The notes beneath the pieces were generated by a model. It did no database searches, was not told where the DNA came from, and saw only the letters and a list, made by a program, of their open reading frames with translations. A stretch of DNA of 64,000 nucleotides from Eledone cirrhosa (lineage: Eukaryota). Where the stretch lies: NCBI GenBank assembly GCA_964016885.1, contig OZ024746.1:55428001-55492000 (forward strand), given 5' to 3'. The position numbers and the translations under genes were made by a program. This document shows, one piece after another, positions 15,490 through 29,574 of the stretch. Every line of letters begins with the position of its first letter. Position 1 is the stretch's first letter.

Positions 15490-18160
15490 GATGTTGTCGT
15501 TATTCCTTGAATCTCAGTCATTGATGTTGGTTAACTGGAAAGTCCGTTGGATTGAATATCAGGCCACTACCTGCAGCCTCAGATATTCAGGACGTATCGG
15601 AGGGTTCTTGCTGTTCCAAGCAAGCATGCCTTTTGAAGCGTTCCAAAAAGCGTGAAGGGGCCGATTTTCTTTAACCATCCCTGGAAACTTTTGGAGATAG
15701 TCCCCAGTGCGCCTATGACAATCGGGATCACTTTGACTTCATGGCAGTTCCAAATCCTTTTCACCTCCCACTTTAGGTCCTGGTATCGGTTAATTTTCTC
15801 CCTCTCCTTCTCTTGCACTCTCGTGTCGAACGGGCAGGCCACATCCATAATCAGACACGATCTTTTTTCTTTGTCCACAACCACCAGGTCAGGTCTATTG
15901 TGTTCCAGTTTTTTGTCCGTCTGTATCCTAAAATCCCACAGCACCTTCACCTGATTGTTCTCCATCACCGCCTCTGGCCTATGCTCATACCATTTCTCAG
16001 AATGTGGTAAATTGTTTACTTTGCACAGGTGCCAGTGGATCACCTGGCCCATCACATCGTGTCTCCAGCCCTTATAGTGGGTCTGGGCTAGGTGTTTACA
16101 CTCGGACACAATGTGAGCCACAGTCTCCTCTCTCTCTCCACAGATCCTGCACAGTGGGCTAGCCTCCTCCTTGTAGATATGGTGCTTCAACCACTTCGTT
16201 TTGAGGGCCTGCTCCTGCGCAGCCATTAGCATTCCTTCTGTAGCCTTTTTGAGGTCTCCTCTTCTCAACCAGTTCCATGTCTGTGGATCTCTAAATTCAG
16301 TTTTCTCAAAGAAGGTACTATGAAGGGATTTTCCCTTAAGGCAGCTCTTCCTCCTTGATGTTATTTCCTCCTTGGACATCCCCTGGCCTACTGTCCCCTC
16401 CTTCAGTACAGTTCTGAGCATTGGCTCCTTACTATAGGTCACGTATTTGTATAGGTTGTTTTTCTCCATCTGAACACAGTCCTCTATGCTGATAAGACCT
16501 CTTCCACCCTCAGATCTCCTTAGGTAGAGTCTATCGATATCACTCCTCTTGTGGAACATGTTGTAGATAGTCAATAGCTTCCTAGTCTTCCTATCCATTT
16601 CTTTTTGTTCAGCAACATTCCATCTCAGAATTCCCGCACTGTACCTAATAATAGACACAGCTCGGGAATTTACTGCGCTTATGGCATTTCTGCTGTTCAG
16701 ATGTGACTTCAATACGCTCCTTACTCTCCGAATGTATTCAGTTCTTAATAATTCCTTCATTTTTTTGTTCTTTATGCCATCAGCCTCCAGAACGCCCAAA
16801 TACTTGTATCCTTCCTCAGAGTCAATTTCCTTTATCATCTCACCTGTTGGTATCTGGATCCCGTTACTTCTGCTCAACCTACCCCTCTTCATCACAATGA
16901 CTCCACATTTACCAATACCAAACTGCATACATATATCACTGCTGAAAATACGGACAGTGTCAACAAGCACATCCAACTCCTTCTCACTTTTCCCGAAGAG
17001 CTTAAGATCGTCCATGAAGAGGAGGTGATTGATGGTAAGCTCTCCCCTTCCCAACTTGTATCCTGCTCTCACTTTTCGCAGCATAATGGTCAAGGGCATC
17101 AGGGCAAGGACAAACAACAGAGGGGACAGGCTATCTCCCTGGAAGATACCTCTCTTGATCTTCACGTTTCCCAAGGATACTCCAGTTGATGTCAACTCTG
17201 TCTCCCAGGACCCCATACTCCTGCCTAGCAACTGTCTGATGTTATCTGCCACCCTGAAGATCTCCAGGCTTTTGGTGATCCAGGAATGAGGCACCATGTC
17301 AAATGCCTTTCTGTAGTCTATCCATCCCATGGCAAGATCAGTGTGTCTCCTCCTGCAATTCCCCATTACCATCTTATCAATAAGTAACTGGTCCTTTGTA
17401 CCACGTGACTTCTTTCGGCATCCTTTCTGTTCGTCCGGTAACAAGTTGTTTGTGTGGAGGTGATGGTAGATTTCCTCAGACACAATGCTCGTCAACAGTT
17501 TCCACATTACGGACAGACATGTGATAGGTCTATAGTTGGTAACATCATTACCCTTGATTCGGTCTTTCATTATCAGAACTGTGGTACCTTTTGTCAACCA
17601 CTCTGGCACCTCACCCGACACCAAGCAGTCATTGAACATGGCCGTCAGCTTCGGGTGGAGGGATGTTAAATGTTTAATCCAATACCCCTGCACACCATAT
17701 GGGCCTGGTGATTTCCAGTTGGTTAGTTTTTTGGCCTGCCCCTTAAGAGTTTCAACTGTGATACTCAAATCAGTTTTTTGTTGTGCCTGCTCACCGATCT
17801 CCCTCTGTACTGTCTCAATCCACCCTGCCTGGGCATTGTGTCTAACATCCTGCTCCCATAATCCTCTCCAGAATGTTTTAGTTTGCTCCGCCCCAGGGAT
17901 CAAGTCGTTGCCTCTTTCTTTCCCCTCAAGCTGTCCAAACAGCATCTTCTGGTTGTTGTCGAACATGCGGTTCTGTTTATACTGACTGACTCTGTTCTCG
18001 TATCGCCTGATTTTTGCACTCTTTGCTACAATGCGTTGCTTCAGTTCCTCTATGATAATATTTAGCTTTTTCCTCCTAGTTTTGTATTTTATTTCCAGTC
18101 TATTTTTAGTGCCTATGATTTTTAGTGTCCCATTCAGTAGTGACTCAAGCTTTCCTATGT
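15490..18160 (-). mobile_element. R4/Dong-clade element, family 1, 5'-truncated young copy in (TAA)n
   Basis: Uninterrupted frame from the truncation point near 18160 to 15579; short 3'UTR; ATT repeats on both + strand flanks. Confidence 0.92.
15579..17966 (-). CDS. R4/Dong RT plus CCHC plus restriction-like endonuclease (frame open upstream to about 18160)
   Basis: WKSPGP, YRPITCL, EQKGC, WIDYRKAFD, GIFQGDSLSPLLF, HLLFMDDLKL, YKYLG, GGRGL, CRICGEREETVAHIVSEC, RHD, RPDLVVVD, DVACPFD, EKINRYQDL. Confidence 0.92.
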   Translation of the reverse strand: MFDNNQKMLFGQLEGKERGNDLIPGAEQTKTFWRGLWEQDVRHNAQAGWIETVQREIGEQAQQKTDLSITVETLKGQAKKLTNWKSPGPYGVQGYWIKHLTSLHPKLTAMFNDCLVSGEVPEWLTKGTTVLIMKDRIKGNDVTNYRPITCLSVMWKLLTSIVSEEIYHHLHTNNLLPDEQKGCRKKSRGTKDQLLIDKMVMGNCRRRHTDLAMGWIDYRKAFDMVPHSWITKSLEIFRVADNIRQLLGRSMGSWETELTSTGVSLGNVKIKRGIFQGDSLSPLLFVLALMPLTIMLRKVRAGYKLGRGELTINHLLFMDDLKLFGKSEKELDVLVDTVRIFSSDICMQFGIGKCGVIVMKRGRLSRSNGIQIPTGEMIKEIDSEEGYKYLGVLEADGIKNKKMKELLRTEYIRRVRSVLKSHLNSRNAISAVNSRAVSIIRYSAGILRWNVAEQKEMDRKTRKLLTIYNMFHKRSDIDRLYLRRSEGGRGLISIEDCVQMEKNNLYKYVTYSKEPMLRTVLKEGTVGQGMSKEEITSRRKSCLKGKSLHSTFFEKTEFRDPQTWNWLRRGDLKKATEGMLMAAQEQALKTKWLKHHIYKEEASPLCRICGEREETVAHIVSECKHLAQTHYKGWRHDVMGQVIHWHLCKVNNLPHSEKWYEHRPEAVMENNQVKVLWDFRIQTDKKLEHNRPDLVVVDKEKRSCLIMDVACPFDTRVQEKEREKINRYQDLKWEVKRIWNCHEVKVIPIVIGALGTISKSFQGWLKKIGPFTLFGTLQKACLLGTARTLRYVLNI

Positions 18161-18184
18161 CAGTTGTTGTCGTTATTATTATTG

Positions 18185-18216
<32 letters not shown>

Positions 18217-18361
18217 GTTATTAATGTATGTGTGTGTGTATATATGTCTGTGTGTATATGTGTATGTATATGTGTATGTATATGTGTATGTATATGTGTA
18301 TGTATATATATATATATTTCTTTTTTTTTTATTTTTTATTTATTTATTAATTTTTTTTTTT

Positions 18362-18540
18362 TCTCCTCGTGCAATGGCCATACTCGATAACGAGAGGGCA
18401 GCCATCATGTATGTATGTACCAGAGTTTTCAAGTCGGTGGCTGGAATAAAAACTCACACTCGTTCAGCGCATCGGTAGGGGTTCTCCTACATCGATATAA
18501 AGTAGTGGCCCTACTCGAAAAAGAGTTGGCAGCCACCATG
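18362..18540 (+). mobile_element. Two tandem RTE 3'-end fragments, each followed by ATGT repeats
   Basis: 18362-18406 GGCCATACTCG-ATAA-CGAG..GCAGCCATC; 18414-18540 encodes CTRVFKSVAGIKTHTRS plus the same 3'UTR as 9500-9630. Confidence 0.75.
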
Positions 18541-18552
18541 TATCTATGTATG

Positions 18553-18583
<31 letters not shown>

Positions 18584-19404
18584 TGATAAGGAGGAAGTAG
18601 GTTTTATGTTCTACAATTAGTAGTGAGTGCAGTATTTTGTACTCTTATGAGAGATTGAAGTCCAGGCTCAGACAAGCGGATTCTACCACAAAATGGCAAG
18701 CGTTCCATTAATTTCATATTCCCTTAGTGACTGATTTTTGCTTCTTATATTCCACATAATATTTAATTTCATTTGCCAGATTTGATCAAAGGTTTCACAC
18801 CATTCAATATTTTTAAACGCCTGTTTATTTATTGTTTAAGCAAAGAAGTGTTAGAAATCGTATTTTGTTTTACTTTGGCATTGGTAATCTTGCCTTATAG
18901 CGGAATGAGTCCATTTTATAGACGGAAGTGCGTGGTTCGATTGAGATTTCGCTGCGAGTGCTGGAGAACAGAGAGACGTTAAATTCATTACATGTCCATC
19001 TCTCTTATTGTTTGTTTCTTGACGATAATTCTATTTTCTCGAGTGGAAAAGAGAGAGAGTAAAAAGACTCCAACAGAAATCAATTGAGTGAGAGGGGTAG
19101 AGGGTAAAATGTTTATATATAGTTATAGAGGAACAACAAAAATAGTGTACCGAATCATGCTGATAGAGATGGATATATGAAGATTAGAGAATGTCAGCAG
19201 GAAGGGAATTCTGAATTGATAATATGAAGAACGATTGTGGAATAATGTTTATGAGACAACATAATGCGAATCGGAGATTGTTCTTGGGGAAGTTCGAAAA
19301 AATCCCAATAGAGAGTCACATTCGTTCATGCATAATAAACGCATACACACACACATAGAAACACACACTGACACACACAAACACACACATACACACACAC
19401 ACAT

Positions 19405-19469
<65 letters not shown>

Positions 19470-19572
19470 TATATATACATACATATATATATATGTATAC
19501 ATAAATATATATATATATATGTAAACCTTTATATATAAATATATATATGTATATATATATATATATATAAAT

Positions 19573-19721
<149 letters not shown>

Positions 19722-19722
19722 A

Positions 19723-19803
<81 letters not shown>

Positions 19804-19973
19804 TATAAATATATATATGTATATATATATATATATATATAAATATATATATAAATATATATATATAAATATATATATATACAAATATATATATAAATAT
19901 ATATAAATATATATATATAAATATATATATATATAAATATATATATAAATATATAAATATATATATAAATATA

Positions 19974-20015
<42 letters not shown>

Positions 20016-20546
20016 CATATATATATATATTATATTGGTCTTTGTTGTTTCTCATTACATATATGGATAATTACATCAAAGTGCGTGCTGTGTAAGAACA
20101 TGTATAAGTATTTATATGTAATGTACATTTGTTTCTACATTCATGAATACACTCAGAAGACAAAGAGATGAGAAAATATTCCATCAAGCCGAACAAATCA
20201 TTCTGTTGAATTGCTTGGTATTATTATACCTCATATGTATATTTATAAAAATAAATGTTCACATTATCTATACACACAACCACTCATACTCTCACGTACA
20301 CATACATACACACGCACATATACACAATCACCGATATATATATATACACGCATATTAGTGTGTGTATAGATATGGAGTTGATTGTGTATTCTTTTATGTA
20401 TATTTATTCATTCTGTTCCTACTGAGATAAGCACAACTCTATCTTCGGAATTAAAATGGATTAGGTAGAACAGATTATGTATATATACACATCCAGCAAT
20501 CTTTGCAGAAATATTTTCACCAACAATTATAAGAATAACACAAACA

Positions 20547-20547
<1 letters not shown>

Positions 20548-20632
<85 letters not shown>

Positions 20633-20686
20633 CACTACCACTACTACTACTACTACTATTGCTACTACTACTACTACTACTATTAC

Positions 20687-20727
<41 letters not shown>

Positions 20728-20737
20728 ATACTACTAC
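20548..20737. repeat. (CTA)n microsatellite
   Basis: Directly visible. Confidence 0.95.
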
Positions 20738-21399
20738 ATGCTTCGTCTCGATCAGGTACAACAATGTTTATTTATTTATTAATTACTACTAGTATTAAAT
20801 AAATAAATAAATAAATAAACATTGTTGTATCTGATGGAGACAACGTAAGAGTGTATTTGATTTCATATAAATATGAGGAATGTGATCGCCAGAACAGCCG
20901 TTAAGCCAGCCAAATGCTGTCAAAGGACAGAGATCCGCGGCCAATGGTTAGCAGAAAGACAATCCACGAGGTAAGGACAGGCAGATAAAATCCAGAAACA
21001 AATAATAGAGGAGGAGGAGGACAAGTAGTGACCGGAAAAAGGAAATAAAGAATGGTGATATACAAGTGAAGTTCATACACAGATCTTCCCCTCATCAACT
21101 CTGAAACCAGCAAAATGGTTTCGCATGTTTTAATTAAGATTACCATATTAAATCTCTGGATCATGCAACAGAAAAATACATCTTTCTACTGGTCTTATGT
21201 GTGTGCGATAAAACAAACAAAAAAAAAACACAAATAGAAGGACTAAAGAATACAAACAAAAGAAATTAACGGAATTGTAGACCTCAAGCTGTAGTGCCTG
21301 TACTAACTAGAAAGCTAATCATATCTACGTTAAATTCAGTCAGTTCTCAATCACTTTCAACGTTGTCCAAGTTTTGCATATTTCCGTCAGTCTTCGCCC

Positions 21400-21880
21400 G
21401 ATGAAGATGCTGAATGCATGGATTTGCCTCTCCAGATGCCGAGCTGCAAACCAACAGACATTTCTAGGCTCAACCTTGAATATTGCTCTAAATATTTGCC
21501 GACCACTTCGATTCATGAAATGTTCGACACCATCAGATTGACATCATCCACATATTCCGACACAGAACTTCGGGTCTGAATTTGAGCAGGATGCACTGCA
21601 ACATCTTCACCTTCCTCAGTATTGGTTACAGAAACCGTACGTACAGACGAGAGGTGGTAGGGCATCGTTGACTGACCCAGTGACTGATCTGGAATGATTC
21701 CAACAGGTGGCCGTTGACTTTCATCATCGAAAAGGTGTCGTTATACATTGCAGCGATCCAGCGCCTGAAGTCGGAACTGAAGCCGGCTGACTTTAGAACA
21801 GCGTTCACGTACCGATGTTCAACCTTATCGAAATATTTCGATTGATCCCAAATTTTCAGAATCCCCCTGCATGTGCTGTT
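21400..21880 (-). pseudogene. Old L1/Tx1 RT fragment
   Basis: DQSKYFDKVEHRY..VLKSAGF...FRRWIAAMY..VNGHL, homologous to the ORF2 at 50006-53425. Confidence 0.75.
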
Positions 21881-22149
21881 GGTGTTATCGTTGTTGTTGT
21901 TGTTCACTTATGGGCTTCATTGTGTTAAGGTTGTTGTGGCTTGAGTGTGACATATCTTAAACAGAGTTCACTTCAACGAATAGAGTATCTGTTATGGTAG
22001 CCTAGTATTAACTGCGGCTCCATATAGCTTTAACGTATTTAACTAGACAGTACCAATTATCAGAAAATGAACACTAAGACCAGTTAACTTTTCACATATC
22101 AATGTATGCATAATTCACCTTTAATCTTACGTTGATTGACTCCTCTTGC

Positions 22150-23150
22150 CCAGACCCGAAGACTGCAGATGTCTTATCCTGTTGCAGCTGTCCTATATGA
22201 CAACAGCAATTGGCCTACACCAATATCTTGAAGCAACCAATGATTGAATGATTCAGATAGTAAAACAAGAAAAAACCAGTAAAAATACATTACCCGTGAT
22301 GAAAGAAAACACCGAAATATAAATGGGAAATAAATTTGAAAACAGTTGTGACACACAAAATTCCTCTTCCACAAACAATAGGAGGAAAGCTCATTGAAAT
22401 AAGAGCAAGAAAGCAACCCTTAAGCATATGGAGACACACTGGTTAAATAAACCCGTAGATGGACAGTACTTGACACCGAAAACTGCACCTGTTGTAAACA
22501 AAACCCAGATCCATTAGTGGTTGCAGATTTCAGGACAGAAAGCCAAAACAGAAGGCTTCATACTAGCTGTAAAAGACCAACACATTGCCACAAAATACTT
22601 ATCAGGCAAACTTATTAACAGGATCTGTGACATAAATAATGAAGCATTGGATCAGCTATTTGTCTCACAATCTTCACACCATCTGAATACAAAATCAGAC
22701 ATGCCGGTGTGCAGCAGTATATCCACTAACAATATCTAAATGCTATGGAAAAGAAATAACGAAAAACTGGTATCAACACCACCCAGATCCGCTCTCAGAA
22801 ATTGCTGATGTAAGAACACTGTTGAATTTTCAATAACAATTGACAGTAAAGTCAAATCTAATAGACGAGATATCACAGTAAAAGATGAAACAAGTAAATC
22901 AATTTCATGATATACATAGCAGTACCTGGCTATTTGAAAAATAATTCAATGCACAAAGACCTTGAAATTGAAGTGAATTGAAGTATGATACCTGTCACTA
23001 TTCCAGTTATATGTCAAGCCCTGTGCAGAGAAAACTAGGGTACTGACAAATTCTTGGGTCATACATCAGGTAAACCTTATATAAAACAAATCCAGAATAT
23101 CGAATAAACTAGGTTTGCTGACATTTTGCTTAGAGAATTGCTAATTTAAA
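22150..23150 (+). pseudogene. Highly degenerate R4/Dong 3' region
   Basis: WLQISGQKAKTEGFILAVKDQHIAT, then recognisable remnants of WYQHHP, NRRDI and KDLEIE; boundaries approximate. Confidence 0.6.
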
Positions 23151-23726
23151 TCTGGGAGATCATAGACTCAAAATATGCCCAATTTGTTAGACTAATTTAA
23201 TATTCAATACAAATAACTACAGTGAAGCTTCTAACTATAAGCCAATTTCAAAGAAATGCTTATCTTCATAACCTTTATAAAAGAAGATTATTATTTTTTT
23301 TACGTTCTGATCGAGTGAGATGACTTAAAATATGGATCGATATCGTCAAACCTGTCTTGGTTCGACTGGTAAAGTACGGTCCTCCAGTATAACGCAGTTG
23401 TGAGTTCGAGTCCAACGGTGACACATTCCTCCGTTTCAAGAAGCTTATACGTACGAATTGTTACTCGCTATTTTCATAGTCAATAAAAATGCGTGCGTTG
23501 AAGTTTCTAAGTAAATTTCAATTACATTAACACCCACACCCTCACACTCAAAACTCACACAGCCACAGACACACTCACACACTCACACACATATATATAT
23601 GTATATATATATATATATATAACATATATATGACACACACACACACACACATATATATATATGTAACATATATATATATATATATAACATATATATATAT
23701 ATATAACATATATATATATATATATA

Positions 23727-23769
<43 letters not shown>

Positions 23770-23801
23770 ACATATATTTATATATAACATATATATATAT
23801 G

Positions 23802-24290
23802 TTACTCTTGATTTGGCCAGAGGTACTAATTTCCAGGTACCTTATAAACATGACTTTCTGTATTTGTTACTGTTGTGAGATATGGAGATTTTTTGGTTGT
23901 CACTTCTCTGTTTTTAGCCTAAGAAAATATATATATGCGTGTGTAAATAATTACATGCATACATTTAGTTTTTTTAATTAATTGTGTTCTTAACACGTGG
24001 AATTGTTGATAGTTTTAAATAACTAATTAACCCGCGTGAATTAAATATTTTACTCTTAATTTGGCCAGAGATTTACATTCCCAATCGCCTTTAAAGCGTA
24101 ACCTTCAGTATTTGCTGCGGTGATGTGAAGTGTTTTGTTATTTTGGTATCACCTCTGATTTTAGCCTAAGAAAATATCTATATGCGTGTGTAATTAATTC
24201 ACGCATACATTTATTTTTTTAATTTCAATTGAGTTCTTAACACGTTGGATTGATAATTTTTTTGAAAGAACTAATTAACCCGAGTGTATA
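23802..24290. repeat. Tandem duplication of a ~245-bp unit
   Basis: 23802-24049 and 24050-24290 share TTACTCTT.ATTTGGCCAGAG...TTTAGCCTAAGAAAATAT.TATATGCGTGTGTAA...CTAATTAACCCG. Confidence 0.85.
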
Positions 24291-24851
24291 TTATTTTTTT
24301 CTAATCTCATGTATCGTGGTTGTCTCCCTTTCCCGCTTCGTGACGCTATGAAACTTCCTTAGTCAAAAGACTGCTGGAACTTCAAATTTGGCCGTCATTC
24401 GATGCGTGAGGGAGCAGCTTAGCAGACACGATTTTTAACTGCGGTAAGAATTTTTTCTTATATCAAAGTTTAATGGGCTTCCACTGAAGATTTATAAGTG
24501 CCCACCTAAATATATTCTTACATGAATATATGTTAGGCTTCTACATAAACTGGATATATTCTCCCAATTTGTGGAAAACTTATAATGAAACAATTGTTTG
24601 GAAAGAGAGGTATATTTTAACTTTAATTATATCTCATAAAATAATACAACTGGCTTTCCACAAAATACATATAGTTAGCACCCCAAACACTTAAATTGGG
24701 TTATACTAACATATAACCTAATGTTTGTTGAGTGAGATGGTTACCAGTCGGAGTTTAGCGTTAAGCTATCTCTGTTATTGTATTAAATATTAACATATAT
24801 ACATATATATATATAACATATATATATATATATATATAACATACATATATA

Positions 24852-24890
<39 letters not shown>

Positions 24891-24996
24891 CTTATCATAT
24901 CATTGCATATATTTCATCATTTATGAATATTTGATGCTGGTTTCACTATCAATTCATTAAACCGGCAAAACCAATTAGATACGGTGAGACTTATGA

Positions 24997-25028
<32 letters not shown>

Positions 25029-25038
25029 GTGGGGGGGG

Positions 25039-25075
<37 letters not shown>

Positions 25076-25159
25076 AGCATGTCTGAGTGGGTGTCTGTGT
25101 GTACGTGTGTATGTTTTATTCTATGAATGTGGTCTTATATATACACATACACATGTGTT

Positions 25160-25234
<75 letters not shown>

Positions 25235-26396
25235 ATGAATATGTGTGTGTGTGTATGAATATGTGCGTGCATGTGTGTTTATAAGTACATTCCCCAAAAT
25301 AAGTGTATGTATGTGCCTGTGTATATGCGGGCGTTCCGATTTGCAATGGCTGATTAATACAATCAACCTCTTCTGCCGAAAAAAGCCCGAAGACATAAAC
25401 TACTAATTATGGCATCCTAATTAGGGAGAGAAGTTTATTTTCCATTGCAAAGGATGAGTGAATGTTTGCAATACTCGACCGAATAAGTTTTCCGGCCTTG
25501 AGCTAAACCATCTTCAATTTCTTTTCTGATAGCGACATTGTGATCGCTTATCAGCCCTTGGCTTACAATATCTTGTATGATAGAGGATAATATAAGTAGA
25601 TATTTGGAATGAATGTTTGGTATTAACAGCAGCCGTGTATTTGCTGTAGTTTCGTTTGAATTGTATCACGTACGTGGTGAAAGCTCATACCTTGTTAAAT
25701 TATGCTGATGGGTTCATAATCTTAAAGACATATGTTCGATATTAGATCGGGTTTTGTGGTTTACATCGAGAAGAACTTTATTTCAACGTTGTTCCAGTCC
25801 ACTCAGCATTTGCAAATGTAATTCAAATGACTAAATCTTCATGTGAAATGTGTTAAACGTACATGCATCTCTGTTATGCTTAATCACTTATAGATAAATA
25901 CCCTAACCGGCTTTTCCACTGTTCGAACAACTGGAGGTCAAACTCATAGTACTTACGACGATAGATACTACTTGGTTGGTTTCAATGATGAGCATTCAGC
26001 TTGGTTATGTAATTGTTTTATAATAGCGCATTTCAAAGGAATGGATCCCTCTTGCTTTGGAAGTTGCGCGGTCAAGATGAATGTTGAATGGAAGAGGCTA
26101 TTGGTGAAAGTAACTTACTTGTGGATCAGCATTCCACAAAAAATGAACCCTTAATGTAATTCTAAGCCCGGAATCTGTGTGACAAAAGTGGACACTTAAA
26201 ATTCAGTTCGAGTCCATCATACAGGCTTCCAAAGAGTTTCCATCTAATCACTTTGACTCATACAATTTGAATCACTAAAAGGTTATGGAGTGATAATTTC
26301 TCCCGAATGAAGCAGCTCTAGTCCTGTAGAAGCCATTTCTCTATTTAATATATGTATATATATATATATGAAAAGTGTAATTTTCTACACAAAACG

Positions 26397-26477
<81 letters not shown>

Positions 26478-26657
26478 CATATATATACAGAGAGGGGTGT
26501 GAACCTAGACTGTGACTTCGGCCACCGTCTGGATTTTCCCGATCTAATCTATCTACCCACTCTGCTACTACACATGCAAGGATTATTCCAATGATTACTG
26601 ATCTCTCCGGTCTCTGTAACACAGACTTTCTCTCTCTCTCTCTCAATCTCTCTCTCT

Positions 26658-26699
<42 letters not shown>

Positions 26700-26976
26700 C
26701 AAAGAGAATGTGGTAAGAAACCTAGTGGACCATAATGCACCAGAGTAATCAATATTTATGGTAGTAGAGTGAGTAGTGGGATCTAGCTCTCGAAACGGCT
26801 GGAGCTCAACAGTCGGTGTTCTGACTCTTTTCCTATATATATATATATGTGTGTATGCGAGTGTATGTGTGTGTGTGGTGTTTGTGTGTGTGTTTGTGTG
26901 TGTGTATATATATATGTATACGTGACTGTGTAAATGCCTGTGTATGTGTATTTAAACATAATTATATACATCTCTA

Positions 26977-27033
<57 letters not shown>

Positions 27034-27830
27034 ATGTGTGTGTGTGTCAATGTGTGTGCGTGTGTAGTGTGCGTGTGTGATATAATGAAACTCTGCACTG
27101 AGTGGTTTTGTTTGAACAAATATAATTACCCTTTTATATCTATCAGACAAGATTTCGTTGCTTCAAAAAAGTTGAATAAATAAATCATAAAAACATAAAA
27201 AATTCTTCATTGGAGTTTGTATAATGTCGGATAAATTGGCGTTTAACTTTAAAGACCAATTTCCTTATGTCTTGTACTAAAGAACATTTAGTTAACTGAT
27301 GAGTCATCTGAATTCGGTTAATATCGTTTATTCATCTTTTTTTTTTTCGTGGAGCAGCACATTTCGAATATAGACGGGTGTTGGGTGTTAATATTGATTC
27401 TGGGCACAATAGTACAGCATTAGTCACCAACACACATTTTATATAGAGCCATTCATCCTTACTATCAGTTTCCAGAATCTAACAATAATCTGATGTGCGT
27501 ATACATGTGTTTAACTTAAATAAATTTAATAGGGATGATCATTTATTCCCTCCCTTCATTTCTCCCCCCTCTCTTTATATATATAAATGCAATATATATA
27601 TATATATATATAGATATATATATATATATATATATATATGCATGCATATATATATATATATCTCACTCTATATATATATTTATAAATGCACACTTACATA
27701 TAGTCAGACACAGGCATTCACACACATATATATATATACATACAGATATACGTATGAACATATTTATACATATACATATGCACACGCAACACACACACAC
27801 GCACACACCCACAACCCCCCCCCCCCCGCC

Positions 27831-27873
<43 letters not shown>

Positions 27874-28384
27874 TATCGTATGTTTACATGTTGGATTGTG
27901 TATGTAATTATAATTTAATAAATATAAAGGCTATAGTTTTGTTGTCACGTAAATATTTAAGTGTACTTGCATGCAATTATCCTTCGTTTTCAGTATTAGA
28001 CGAGACATGCAGCAGTATGGCAGCACAAAATATCCCTCCTACCAGAATTGGAGACAGACGAATTTCGTATTTTGCCGCCTATGTTTGATCTAGTTGAGAA
28101 AAAAATACATGTGGTGATATTTCATTGTTACTGACGTAAGTTATACCCCAATCACTACAGCGGAATGTCCAACGTTTATATGTAAGTCAAGCGCTAGCAT
28201 TCACTGGATGATGTGCTGCCTAAAACATAAAAGCGTAGATTGTGACTTTGCATCAAATTTTAGCGATACAGACGCCTGTGACATAGTTAAGTAGCTTTCG
28301 CACGAAGTGAGATAAAACAAAATGGCGAGAAGCAAAATCAATGATGGGTTTCAAGTAAACATATAATTCTCCAGTGTGCAGGCA

Positions 28385-28695
28385 CCCGCCGAGGTTAGTT
28401 TTACCTTTCATCCTTACGGGGTCGATAAAATAAATTACCAGTAATGCACTGGAATAATTGCTGGCCTTGTGCCAAAAGTAGAAACAATTATTAATATATA
28501 GGGTGGTGGATTGTCAGTATCGGTAGAGTGTCAGACAACATGCTTTGCAGCATAGAGTTATGGCCCTATAAATTATGAGTTTAAATCCTGCCGAGGTTAA
28601 CTTTATCTTTCATCCTTATGGGGTCGATAAAATAAAGCACCAGTAATGCACTGGTGTAATTGCTATCCTTGTGCCAAACGTAGAAACAATTATTA
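28385..28695 (+). mobile_element. Two tandem OK-like SINEs (partial 28385-28490; full length 28501-28695)
   Basis: Same A/B boxes and body as 7211-7391; both end in AGTAGAAACAATTATT-like tails. Confidence 0.85.
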
Positions 28696-29073
28696 ATGTT
28701 TGGATAGAAATAATAAATCATATCATTTCCATCTAAATTTTAATAATGTTCACCATTATGTCTTAAGCGACACTTATTTCCTAATTGCATATTTCCGTAC
28801 TTTATTTATAATATTTTCATTGGCCTAACTAATCCAAGTCTTCCTGAATTAACTGTGTTATATTCCTTATTATAATGAGACGCGTGCAATTGGTTGGAAA
28901 GGAGTTAATACACTAATCCTTGTTTCATTATTTAATATAATATTACTGCTATTTGACGATGCTTCTATTGTTACCATTCTGACTTACGGGGCTACGAATT
29001 GATCATGTAGGTGAAATACAGTATTGAACACATATTCGTGGGGCTTGAGAACATACATGCGCAATTATATATA

Positions 29074-29164
29074 CTGGGTGTCCCACAAATGTATAGAAAC
29101 TTCAATAGCACTTTACTAATTATTAGCTGAAAAATCAAAATATGTAAATATTTTTAGAGACACC

Positions 29165-29167
<3 letters not shown>
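29074..29167. mobile_element. Tc1/mariner-type MITE remnant
   Basis: Imperfect TIRs CTGGGTGTCCC / GAGACACCCTG in a TA context. Confidence 0.55.
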
Positions 29168-29225
<58 letters not shown>

Positions 29226-29347
29226 TGAAGAATAACGTGGATCGGCTGTATCATAGGGTTTATTCAAAGTATTAACAATTGTTTCATTAGTCCGGTGTGT
29301 CTAAAAATCGCTGTTCGTAGTATTATCTTAAAAGTCATCTCGTTAAC

Positions 29348-29493
<146 letters not shown>

Positions 29494-29508
29494 ACACACA
29501 CGCACACA

Positions 29509-29574
<66 letters not shown>

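Noticed and set aside
23355-23430. tRNA-like segment with GAGTTCGAGTCC
   Set aside because: The acceptor and anticodon stems do not form; probably an old SINE head and too weak to call
23802-24290. CRISPR-like or LTR-like interpretation of direct repeats (also 43333-44420)
   Set aside because: No repeat-spacer array, no TG..CA termini, PBS or PPT; ordinary tandem duplications in a eukaryote
26190-26330. Possible degenerate OR-type/CORE SINE (and a similar trace near 25770-25815)
   Set aside because: Similarity too decayed to set boundaries without a search
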